A program made the position numbers and the translations under genes. The notes beneath the pieces were generated by a model. That model saw nothing but the letters and a program-made list of their open reading frames with translations. It searched no databases and had not been told where the DNA came from. A DNA stretch of 64,000 nt from Chromera velia (lineage: Eukaryota): positions 62,001-126,000 of the forward strand of contig JAHBMJ010000499.1 in NCBI GenBank assembly GCA_018398765.1. Reading direction: 5' to 3'. Numbering within the stretch: position 1 is the first letter of the stretch; each line of letters starts with the position of its first letter. This document shows positions 1 through 11,946 of this stretch, piece after piece.

Positions 1-2286
1 CAGGGCGAATCTCTTGAGACGTTGAGGAGGGAATTGCAACAAGAGACTGAGGAGAAGCTGAGGCTTGAACAGGCGAACCTCGAGATCTTATTTGACAAGT
101 CAGTCTGTCAGGAAGGGGAGGGGGGAGAGGGAAAGAGTTCGGAGATCCGTGTATGGAAATGACTTGAGTACGGTGCACTCTCTGACAAGTCAGTCAGTCA
201 GTCAGCCAGAGGGAGTTCGCGAAAGGAAAGCATTTCTTTTTAATTTTGAAGCAACTCGACTGATCGATGGATGGATCGATCTCTTTGCAGAGAGACTGCG
301 GAGGCTCGTTCGTCTCGTCTTGAGAGAAGGATGACGGAACTGGACGCCCTCTCGCAGGCCCTGAAGGCCAAGCTCCTCACGCAGTCGCACACAGCAGTCG
401 CGGGAGTGGGAGGTGGAGTGTCTGGTCCCTCGGGGATTCCTCCTCCTGTGTTGAAGTCTGGACGGGAGAGGGAACTTGAGGCAGTAGTGGATGGACTGCG
501 GAGGGCTTCTGAGAAGCTGCAGAGTGAAAACTCAAAGTGAGTGATTCAACTCTGCGACACCCTGCTTTCTCGTCTCGCTTGCATCGGTGTATCGGAATAG
601 TAGTACGGGTGTCTTTGTGTCTGTGCCTTCTTTCTTTTTCGGTTCGAGGTTCTGTCTTGACTTTCAGTCATCAATGTTGCTTCTTTTCCATGAATCCATT
701 CGTACACGTTTCATCCGTCTGCCAGTGGAAGTGCGTGTGGACATTCACATAAAGAAGGAATACAAGCGACGTGATGGATATTTGCATGTTTGCAATGATG
801 CACGCATGCAGGTTGCAAGCAGAGGTAGGCAGGCTGAGGTGTCGCCCGGCTGCCTCATCTGTTGCGTCGCGGAAAGCAAAAGCTGCCCCTCAGGGGAGAG
901 GAGGGGGGGGAGATGTGCCTGAGGAACCGTCGTCTTCTGCTGCTGCTAGTGGTGGTGCAGACGTTTCAGTTCTTCGACGAGAAATTTTAAATTTGAGAGC
1001 GGAACTGGAAAGCGTGAGGGCAGGGGAGAGGAAAGAAGACGAAAGTCTGGTGATTGGTTTGCGTGAGGAGGTGCGACGTCTGAGTGAAGAGAACGATGCG
1101 ATGAGGGCACGGCAAAAAGAAGACAGGGAAGCTCTGGAGGTAAGGGGAGGGGGCAGATGGACGGACCCAGTTGGTCAAAGTTTGAAGGGATTCATTCATT
1201 CATTCATTACAGAATGGGCGGCATGATGGACTTTGAATTTGAACTGAAGTACTCGAATGGGCTCCGCCCTGTTCTTTCGTGTCTTTTTTTTTTTCCCCTT
1301 TCTCGTGGAAAAGGTGCGCTCCTTTTTCTCTGTGCGTCCTCCTTATCAACGTTTCTTGTTTTGTCTTCTTCTTCTTCTTCTTCTAGCATAATTCTTATTT
1401 TTCTCTGGTAGATTCGGCGCGAACTCTCTTTGTCCTCTGATCAATCTGCTGATTTTCTCTTTTTTCTCTGCGTTCCTTTCTTGTGTGCATACAGGACGCC
1501 GACAAGGTTCTCCAAGAGGTTGAAAAGGTGGAGGCAAGATACAGAGAAATTGTGAATGAGCACAGAGGGTCAGTCGCTGAAACTATGAGTGGGGGGAAGG
1601 CTGAGAGGAGATTGGTAGACAGATAATGTAAATGAGGGGAAACCCGCTCACTTCATTAGACTGCCGGGAATAATGCGGCTCCCCAGCAAGGGTTGCAGAC
1701 TTATTGTCTCTCTGAAACGCTCGTTCTTTTCTTTCCTCTTTCAAAGGTGTCTGTGTGGAGTCTGTCTGTTTCTGACTGTGTCATGACGTGTCTGTTGTGT
1801 CTGTTTTCGTGCAGGTTGAGAAGGGCGCTGGGATTGGGACAGGGACAGGACGCCTTGAACGCGGCAGAGAACATGAGGGCAGGCAACGTGAGTTGAGTGG
1901 ATGGATGGAGGGAGGGAGGGAGCTGGTGGTACCGATAGGAGGAGGCGGACATGATAAAAGCTTTTCGGAGAGACGGGGTGGGGGGGGGGAGAATCTTTCT
2001 GATTGTTCTTCGGGTGTACTTGAGATCTGTCTGTGCTGAAGAGGCATCGGGCAGACCTCAACAAAGCTGCGTGCATCATGCATCTCATCCGTTTCCTTCC
2101 CTCTATTATGCTTGGTCCATCTTCCTGCCCTAGCTCCCTTCCTCTACATGCATGCAGGAACTGTGGGACACGGCCAGAGTGGTTCTGGGGGAGGTCAGGG
2201 ACTTCCTCGCCAGTCGGGACCTCAGGGCGTCTGGAGTTCCTGTGCCCCAGCAGTTGGTGAAGGACATCCAGAGCCTCACAGATTGA
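1..2286 (+). CDS. 3' part of a coiled-coil protein, CEP290-like (centrosome/ciliary transition zone); 5' end lies outside the window
   Basis: Phase-consistent GT-AG exons 1-98, 291-536, 812-1139, 1495-1568, 1815-1887, 2158-2286 (TGA). The translation is heptad-rich. 'NLEILFDKETAEARSSRLERRMTEL...KSGRERELEAVVDGLRRASEKLQSENSKL' resembles, from recall, the C-terminal region of CEP290. The gene model is firm; the family call is tentative. Confidence 0.6.
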
Positions 2287-2749
2287 CTTGCCGTCCTTGG
2301 AAAACAGAGGTAGAAAGGAAGAGACAGAGGGAGAGACTCTTGAAGATCGACTATGCAGAAAATTCACTTTGCCTTTTGATCCTTCTGAAAGACGGGTGGA
2401 TAAATCGAGAGAGATGTGGAGACGAGCATAGCGTGTTTGTTTGTACAGAGCGAGATGGGAGACGCGTGGGGTTTGTTTAGATTGAGGTGAAAAAGGGAAG
2501 GGATGAGAAGAACGGGAAATCTGGGAAGTACGGGAAGAGGATTTGGGGCAACACGTTGTGCAGTGTTCGGGTCACAGGGGGGCGAGAGTACAGAATGATA
2601 GAGTGCAAGCACACTCCTGTGCAAGAAGATGGTACAGAATCCGTATTATTATTCAAACGTGTGTATTCACTGTTGTCGGCTGAGTACTCATTCGATCTGC
2701 GAAACTTGCAACTTTGCCTCGGTGATGCAAAACTACTTGCATCCTGTCT

Positions 2750-3560
2750 GTGAATAAATTCTGAAAAGCCTTTTGAGCCGCGCCTTAATCAGAGTCGTTA
2801 AATATCATATGCCTACCTAGATGCCTACTTAGTCAATTATTCATTCATTCATACATTCATTCTGAATTTTGTTATTAAATTGAACTTAATTCAAGTATGT
2901 CCTCACTGGCAATTATAAGATGGGATAAGCAAGATATATATTGTATTTTTAAAATCGTATGTAGGAGGTTTTCTGAGTCATATTTCATCATTTTAACGTA
3001 CTAGGCTACTAGCATTTTTATAATATGACAACTATAATTCTAAGAATTTATTCAGATCATCATGGTTTATACTTATCCTAGTACTCAGTATCTAGATACT
3101 TACTAGTAAGTTCTTATTTATAGTAGCTAGGTTTTCTTCTTAAAAATAGAAAGTGCATATATTGAACTTATTGAAACATAACACATTAAAATTTAAACAA
3201 AATAAAAGAAAGTCCCGTAGAAATTTTAGGGCATAAACATAAATGGCATGATGTTATTAGATGCCATAGAAATTTATATTAAAACTTAAACTAGAATTTT
3301 GACTTAGTTTACAAAAATGTAACAATATATTTACTTTAACTCAAATATAAACGTTACGATTCTCGGTCTATTCAAGTTTCCTTAGATCTTCTAACTTTTC
3401 CTTTTCCATACTATTGAATCCTATAATGACTCTGTTGGGGCACATGATCTGTACATTTGTGGAAAGCCCTCGGGAGAAAGGCAGGCGCAGGCACTGGCAG
3501 TGTATATGAATTAATTCATTTTCTTTGTAGTGGATCGAGGGGAAATAAAGAGCGGCTTCC
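2750..3560. other. AT-rich intergenic island between convergent genes
   Basis: Abrupt GC drop, no credible ORF, 8 CTAG counted by eye in ~2810-3300; lies between stops at 2286 (+) and 3997 (-). Confidence 0.85.
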
Positions 3561-3996
3561 TTTGATTGCAATGGGTCAATAGCAAAAGACGTGCGTCACA
3601 TGAAACGATTTAGAAAACGCTGTGCCACTTATAGGTCCCATTAGGGCGGGAGCCTGAGTATTCACAATCTCAACATAGTCGGACACGTTCTGAAAATCCA
3701 AGCAAAGGAAAGCCGCAACTGTGTCACGCCATTCCCCCTGGATGACAGCGTGACCGCACTACCCCAAACGTGTTGAACGCTCCAACGAAATCACTGAAAT
3801 TTTCACATTTTTCATTTCTGCCTCACATCTTTGTTTTGCCCTCCCCCATCCAACCCACCCTTCCACAAACGAAACAAAGTCTCCTTTCCCCTTCCCAGAA
3901 CCCACCCACTCCACCCCCGACTGCCCCCTCTTTTTCACCACTCCCGTCACCTGCATGAGATCGAATAAAAAAAGAAAAGAGAAGAGAAGAGAAAGA

Positions 3997-6054
3997 CTAT
4001 CCAGCAAGAGTCCGACCGAGTTGCCTGAGCCCCTCAGAGACTCTCCGAATTCCTGAAAGGTCTGCAGACATGAAACGGTCAGCAAGCCAAGGGCATTCCG
4101 GCTTGCTCACAGGGAAACGGACTCCCCTCACACACCCAGTTGCCCTCTCTTCCGCAGCCTCCCTTGGAAGATTGACTATCGGGGGGACGTGCCTAATTGT
4201 TGGAGGATGGAGGGACATGGAATCTTCCTTTCTTGTAGGATGGGCAGCGGAAGATGAAGAGACGTCGCCCGTTTGGACGAACACCCCCGGCCACTGTTGA
4301 GACGGGCGGAGAGACTGCACCGCCAGTGCTCCTGTCATGAACAGTTTCTCTTCTGCTTTTCTCCTCTCTTCTCTCTCTGCTGCCAGGATTCTGTCCTTGT
4401 CAGAAGAAGCCCACAAACAATCCGGGTCTTTCTGCATTGCCTCACAAGCAGCTGGAGAGTCAGTAAAGGCCGCTCCCCTGAACACAGTACGGGGACACAA
4501 TACATGCGGAACCTGTGGTGACAGCTTCCAAGTCCCTCCAGGTTTCCCCCCAGCCTCTCCAGCGTCCTGCTTAAAGAAAGCAGGAGAAGGCGACTCTCTC
4601 CCACCAGACGCGGACGTGCCTGAGGAGGAAAACACAGGAGTGACAGATGAAGGAAGAGGGGTGGAGACGGTAACCGTCCGCGCACCCTCAGTTGACAACT
4701 CTACTCCCGACTGTTTTTCCACTTTAAATCTGTACTTGGGGGCAGCCAAGGGAGAGGAGTTTGAAGGCACCGTCAGCACTCTGGGGACCTTCCGATGCCC
4801 TCTCGCAGAGGACTCACGGGAAAACCCCCGCGTTCCCCCCCTATCTCTCTCAGCAGAAGACGCTAGTGGGGCGGCTGGGCCGTGGGGGGGAACGAAGGCA
4901 GTCGGCCCAGGGAGTGAGAGTGCTCTGTCACCCGGGATTTGGGTGCTCAGTCTGCGCGCCTCTTTGGTCAACCTGCCAGCGAGAGACGGAGAGACAATCT
5001 CAGGCTGTGCCGGAGACGGGAGATCTTCTGGGACTGCGTGTGGATACTTTTGGAAGAAGTGGTGTGTCTGGGGGTCTGTGAAACCCTCGCTTAGTTGTGT
5101 TGCGACTAGGGAGGGAAGACTAGCAGAGGGGACTGGAACGAGTCTGTCCTGTGGGCCGACTGTCCGTTGGAGTTCCCGAGTCCATCGGGGCACATGTGTG
5201 CTGTAGTGGTGTTTCTCCAGGGAGCTCAACCTCTTCTGTGCGTGTAACTTAATCCTGATCGAACAGAGGGGGGGGGGNNNNNNNNNNNNNNNNNNNNNNN
5301 NNNNNNNNNNNNNNNNNNNGGGGGGGGGGGGGGGAGTGAGCAAGATCTTGCGTTTGTTTCATAAGAGAAGGGATGGTTAGGGAGGGAAAAATCCCGGTGC
5401 CATATGAAAAAGCGGGTTTTCAAGCTGCTGTTGTCTTGCTTGCTAGACTCTCTGCTTTCCAAAGAGCCCAACAGAACGGGGAAAATCAAAAGCAAGATCG
5501 GACAAATCGAGGTACAGGAAAAAAAGAAAGGTGAGTGTGGCTGTGGGAATGGAGAAATATGAAGAAATCCACGAAGGAAATAAAAGGAGGAAAAAATAAA
5601 AGAAATACACAAAGAAGGGCTGCATGTATGAACAGATGAATGGATGAACCAAAGACACGGACGACGAGGGAAGAGAACTTCAAAGAGGGTTGGACAGGCG
5701 ATCGGATGGATGCTCGTGCTGAAAAAAAAAAATCGTCACACAGATTCATGCGCGTACCTCTTTGATAGATACAACAACATGCATACTTTGCAGTTATGCA
5801 TGAAAACCGCAGACCACATAAAATGCGAAACAGAGCAAGGGAAGACACGGCGAATTACAAGACGAAGAAGGTGAGGAAAATAAAGAAGCGTAGAGTTTTG
5901 CTGATCAGTGCCCTTAAAGCACCCCGTAGACAGCACAAAAACATGTCGTTGAGTTTTTCAAACAAACCTTTTACACACGCACACACAGACAGGACCGGCG
6001 AGACACTAAAGAGAACAGACAGACAGACAGACAGACAGACACACAGACACACAG

Positions 6055-6088
<34 letters not shown>

Positions 6089-6119
6089 ACACACACACAC
6101 AGACACACACACACACACA

Positions 6120-6160
<41 letters not shown>

Positions 6161-8066
6161 AAGACACCAAAACAGCTCTCCCGACGAAAATCAAAACTCG
6201 CCGGCGAAAGCTGTGATCCCATGTACACAACTCAGATGAACGCAACAGAAGAAGAGAATTCTACCGACTGACACTGAGAGAATGTTCTCCATCTCGGGGC
6301 ACTCATCCGCCAAAGCCAGGATCTGGTCTTGCATCTGGCTGACTTCGTTGTCTGATTTCATTTCTAGACGGCGGATGGCTTCCTGCAAAGAGAGATGCAC
6401 ATGCACACACGCTTGTGTGGAGCGCACATATATACATATTGATAGACGTAGACACCGGAACTAAGTATTCGAAAATTAAAGAAAAGAGTTGCATTGACAT
6501 TCCCCGCATTTCCGTTTGCAACTTCTGCATTCGTCTTCAGCAGACAAGACAGACGTCTTTCCAAACATATGTGAAGATTTGCGTCCTATCTGCTTGCTTT
6601 GTGCGTGCATGCTCCAGGTTTGCGTGCGTGCATAAAACCGAAACAGCTAGTCTCCCCCCGTTCCTCCCTCGACACATATGGAGCTGTCCATGCATCCAGC
6701 ACCTCACGTACCTGCATTCGCAGAGCCTGGTCTCTCACTCGCTGGTCGTGCCCTCCGACTACCCCAGGGGGCCACGCTTTTTCTTTTACCGTTCTGCCAT
6801 CGGGACTGCAGAGAAACAGTGAAGTGTTCGTCTTGGTGTAGAAGTGAAGAGCTAAGCAGGGAAGGAGAGGAGATAGGTAGGTGGAGAAGAAAGAGCTCTA
6901 TTCAAAGCTGCCTCTGCTCTGCCCGTCGGCTTGTTCAAGTCTTGGCTTTCAAAATCTGGACAAAAAAAGCGGCAGGGGACGTGCATCCTGAGATGTGAAA
7001 GAGAAGAACGGCAAAGAAAGAAGAAAAGTGTTCCATTGGCGAGTCAGAGGTAGACCAGGTCACTGAGTCGCGCAGAAAGGCTCTGGCTTGGGGCCTCCAA
7101 ATCTGAAGGAGAGACTCTCGTTCTCCGTTCCCTTGATTTTGCTTTTTCAGAGCTGCACACTACAGGGAGGCATCAGGCGCGCCCCCCATTTACCTATCAT
7201 GAGGGCGTTCATTCACACTCTTATCATGATAGATGAGTTTTCCTAATTTATCCCCTCTGACCGGAGCTGGGCTAGTTTGATTGTCCGTTCTTTCTCTGCT
7301 GCCCTTTCCCTTTCCAGCCGGTTGCATGGGTGGTGCTTGGGGGGGCGCGTTCCCTGCCAGCCTTCATCCGTTGTTTCCGCGGCTTCATTCGAGTGGCCCG
7401 TAAAAGAGAAATCCTCTTCGTTGCCTCCCTCTGTCTGATTCTTCTGTCTGGCCTCAACATGCGCCGGACAGCCGAGACAGGAGAAAACCTCCATTCCATC
7501 GCCCCAGGAAGGAATAAAGAGAGACACCTGTCTCTCAGAGGGGCTGGGCGACTCTCTTCCTTTGCCTCCCGCTGGAGAGACTGGCGAAGCCGTTGTCTGG
7601 AGCTTGACGGCATTCAGGGAGCGACTGCAGGTATAGAGTGCATAGCTTTAGAAAGTTGGAAGTATTTGGGGATTGATGAATGCTTACTGTCACACACTTC
7701 GTCCCGTGGATGGATATGCAAAGCCAAACAACGGAGAGAGGGCAACTGAGTGACTGACCTTCGTCTCGTGGGACTTGGCAGTGTTGTTGAGAAGGAATCT
7801 GTTTTGATGCCCTCCCGCAGCTTTTGGGTCTCCGAAGAGTTCCCACTCTGTATACATCCTGGGTCAGTACGCTTGAGATAGTCAAGATGCATCCGTGGCT
7901 TTCTTTTTTCGGGGTGCGCCTCCTCCACGCTGACGTTGAACACCTGTGGAGGAGAATATGTGCCCCCGCCCTCCCAGGAGAGGTGCATCGAGTGGACCAT
8001 CTCACTCGGAGGGACAGCATTAGTCCTCCCTGGGCTGCACTTGCTTCTCGACTCCCTTAACCTCAT
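3997..8066 (-). CDS. Hypothetical protein, ~710 aa, 5 exons
   Basis: Phase-consistent exons 8066-7759, 7624-7262, 6805-6712, 6382-6273, 5254-3997 give one open frame (...KLAQLR|PDGRTVKEKAWPPG...RMQ|EAIRRLEMK...ILSV|IKLHAQKRLSS...). No domain recognised; start codon uncertain. Confidence 0.65.
6016..6160. repeat. Intronic compound (CAGA)n/(CA)n microsatellite
   Basis: Directly visible. Confidence 0.95.
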
Positions 8067-8329
8067 ACCTGTTTGCAGAAGTGAGCTGTGGAGTCTAACA
8101 GCTGAACACCGTTCCTTCCAACGCGCAAGACTTAGTCATGAAGAGGTGATTCGAGATAGAAATAAACAAGAGCGAATGTCCGGAAGATCTGGTGATTGAT
8201 TTCAAGGCTACTCAAGGCATTCTTCGCAAGAAAGAAAGACTGTGCCCAGCAGAAATATCGTCTGCCGAGGAACACCAATCGAGGCAACCGTGTGAGTCAT
8301 GATGTGGGGAAAGATACGTATATACGGCG

Positions 8330-8480
8330 AAAAGTGACTGACCGTGATTCATGCGCATGCAACATTTTTGAGTTGGGGAACCATACGGGCAAACTGGGCC
8401 GCGGGGCCCGCGGGCAATGATCACCTCCGAAAAGGACCCGGGCCGGCATATGCATGAAGGATTTTACGCTCGCCACGCGC
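8330..8480. promoter_or_regulatory. Putative bidirectional promoter core (hypothetical gene / oligopeptidase B)
   Basis: Within a ~670 bp head-to-head interval; GC palindromes (GGGCCC, CCCGCGGG, GCCGGC) plus ATGCGCAT and ATATGCATG. Confidence 0.55.
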
Positions 8481-8735
8481 GAAAGATCACAGTCATTGCG
8501 GCATCAACATAAGGCAACAGATGTTAACTTGAGGTCTGTTGTTGACCCTGACTACGCAGAGCGGGCAACTGGCTCTGCTCCACCCGTCTATCCCGGTGGC
8601 TGCATGTGCGTGTTTCTGTCCAGTTTCACGACTCTTTTTTGGTCACTTTGCTTTCTTTCATTTTTCTGTGACTCTTTTTTCGGGTTGGGCTTCATTGTGT
8701 CATTCAGTCTGATTCTGAAGGAAACGCAGTCAAAG

Positions 8736-11703
8736 ATGGATCGAAAGACTACGACGCTCGGCCTCTTGTCGGCCTCTGTGGGGGCAGTGGCCGCTGCAGG
8801 CACTTTGATGGCTGCGCGTGCAAGAGCAGAAGCAGCTTTCGCCGCGTTGCAGGGACCCAAGGCGGAGAAAATCATCCGGAGAGTCTACTTCGGGAACGTC
8901 GAAGGAGAGGATAGGTCAGCCTGACTGTTTGTGTGACTATATCTTGTCCTGTTGAAGATCAGCAGAAACCGAGGCAGGCGTGGTCTCTTGATGCACTAGG
9001 ACTTGTGGGTTTGAATTGTACTGGCTGGTAGCCTTTAAGTGAACGAATGTCGGAAGAAGAAAGAAAACAGGAGAGCGGGACTGACACGGCGAGGCAGGAG
9101 ACGGCTAAGTGAGTGATGCCTCGGATGAGTGCGTGAAGACGAGGGAAGGGGTCCGTGTGGGGACGCCGAACGAGACACGCAGTCTTGGCATCTGAGTCTA
9201 TGCAACCGTAAGACAGGAAGGAGTCTGGTCTGCTGGGGAAAGAGGCATCCAAGAAGTTTCAAAAGATTTCCCGTTTGTATGCGATGTTGAAAGGCGTGCG
9301 TCTGCCTGTGCGTTCTCCAGCTGGCAAGTCGTGCGTGAGCGTGCATCTGTAGCTGATTGACTGGCTAGTTGAATAACTGACAGACTGGCAAAGCGACTCC
9401 ACTGGTGAATGGAAGGATGGCTGAATGAATGAATTGATGAATAACTTAATTCGTGAGAAAGGGCCTCACTGACTGACTGACTGACTGACTTTTATGTGCA
9501 AGAACTGCAGAGGCCCCAACCCGATGGACCCCCCAGTCGTCCGGACTGACCCCTTCTTTTGGATGAGAGACGACACCAGAAAGGATCCAAAGGTGGGGCA
9601 GCAAAGGAAAAGAAAGTCTGAACAGGGAAGGAAAGGGGAGGGTGGAAGGGGAACATAGAGAGAGTAACTTCAATTGAAAGGGGATTTCTGCCTCAAGTTG
9701 TCTCATGAGGTTCTCTTTCCCGTCGTGCAATCCCACTTTTCTTTCACTTGAATTCTCCCCTGCCTGAAGAGTTTCTGCTGTCATCTTTCGCAGAAGGGGG
9801 GAAGAAAATGTGCGGATGCACGCCCCCTTTCCGGTCTTCTCTTCCTTCCGGGGGCCTTTACGGACTCTCAGCGTGGCTACAGACCCCCTAAAAAGGAGTT
9901 CTCTCTCCTTCTTCTCTCCCCTCCCCCCCCCCCCNCCCCCCCCCCCTCTCTCTGTGTGTCTGTGTGTCTGCGTGTGCGTGTCTGAGTGTGTGTGCCCTCA
10001 GATCATCGCCCACATCGAGAAAGAGAACAGACACACAGAGGCCCAGATGGCTCCCCTCAAGGGAGTTGAAGAGCAAATCTATCAGGAGTTTCTCTCTCAC
10101 ATGCTGGAGACAGAAAGCAAGGTCGGCCAATCATCCTCTCTCTCTCTCTCTCTGTCAACTGACAGGCAGTCAGGCAAAGAGCAAAGAGACGATGGAAGAG
10201 AATGGAAGCGAAGGCAAGCAATTGCCTCGCGGCGACCCGAGAGAGAAAACAAGAAGAAGGAACCCTCTGGTTTTCACTCTCGCTGTCCTTCCCCCTTTTC
10301 TTATTGCTCTGAAGCTCTCCTGCCCCATACCATGTATCAACCACATCGATTATGAGCAGCTCCCATACCCCCGAGGCCTCGGGTACTACTACTACACCCG
10401 CACGGAGCAAGGCAAGAGCTACCCATTCCACTGCCGGAAGGAAAGGCCGGGGGTCGAGACGGCGCCCATTGAGGGAGAGGAGATGATCCTGGACGTGAAT
10501 CGGCTCTCCGTCGGAAAGAACTACACGGATGTGGGAGGTTTGTGACTGACACTTCTCTTTCTTTTTCTTGCTTCTTTGTGTCTCTGCTGTGGGCTTTCCT
10601 CGTGTCAGTCGCGCGGTCTGTGTGTCTGGTCTGTTTTGAATTATGAGTCAAGAGAGGAAAAGGAGAAAAGAGGAGAAGAAACATTGTCTTGTCTGTGTAT
10701 CTTCCCGCCTGCGTACTTTCGCTGATCAGCTGCTTACCGTTTTTGTGCGCGTGAATGGCCACTTTTCAGTCTCCATCCCTGTTGGGTTCTTTCTTTCTCA
10801 ATTTTCCCTGATGCTGTATCCGATTGCGATGCCGGCTCCATTTCTGTCCGTGATGTGCGCGTCTGACTGCTCCAAAATACACACATACGCACACTTCCAC
10901 ATCCAGAGAGAGATCTGCTCTGTCTCGGTCGCTCTCTGTGTCCCTAGCTCTGTCTGTTGGAATGAATTCGATCGAGCATTCATGAATGCAGTCGTGGAGC
11001 CCTCGCCTGACCACTCTCTTGTGGGGATCTCTGCCGACTTTTCGGGTACGTCGGCAGCGAGATGATATTTCGACGACTGCATGGTTTCCTTTTCCTTCCA
11101 GTTCAGTTCTTTCTCCCCCCCTTTTTGATTTGACGGTCCTTCATTTTTTTGCATGTCTCGGTATCACGCAACCATGTCTGCGTGTCCGAGCGCTGGAGAA
11201 AATGTGCGCCCCTGCTGCTCAGATTGTGTTCCATCGACTTTTCGATGACCTCTTTTGGCTCGGAAGAAGCGCCTTTTGATTCGTCTCTGCTTCCCCCCTC
11301 TGCAAGTGAAGTGTGCATCAAGAGAAACGTTCTGTTCATCAAAGAGCAATTCTCACACCGTCTGCCTGAGCAGGATACGAGACGTACGAAATTTTCTTCC
11401 GAGTGGCGGGCACAGGTCCGTTTCGTTCGTGTATTCTTGTTTTTCTTTTGCTTGCTGACTCGTTTTTGTCTCTGTAGCCTCTTTTCTGACTGGCCGTTGA
11501 CTGACGGAGAAAGTGAGTCGGCTGAGGGTTGTTTGAGATCCTTGCGCACACTGCAAATTGTCTTTTCATTCACCGTGGCAGGCAGGCCATTCCGTTTACT
11601 TCTTCGTCTGCGGACTCGTGGCCCGTCGATTTTTCACTTTCTGGTGTGGACCGCATCCGCTTTGTAGTGTGTGTGCGAGTGTCTCTAATTGCATTTGTGT
11701 GTG

Positions 11704-11751
<48 letters not shown>

Positions 11752-11910
11752 TGTGTGTGCATATGTTAATGTGTGTATGTATGTGTGTGAATGTGTGTTG
11801 CGAGAGAGACTTGTTTCCAGAGGAGCCCCGGGGAGAGACGCTGAAGGACGTGGACAGCACAATCGTTTGGGGGACTGATAACTCAACAGTCTTCTACTTG
11901 GTCAGTCAAG

Positions 11911-11946
<36 letters not shown>

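Noticed and set aside
4337..5206. 289 aa plus-strand ORF
   Set aside because: Antisense shadow of the minus-strand terminal exon; no motifs.
5268..5334. Poly-G tract with Ns (also 9935 and 15412-15413) as a G-quadruplex element
   Set aside because: Assembly gaps in homopolymers; true sequence unknown.
6880..7155. Extra exons of the minus-strand hypothetical gene
   Set aside because: No phase-compatible donor; 7262 splices in frame directly to 6805.
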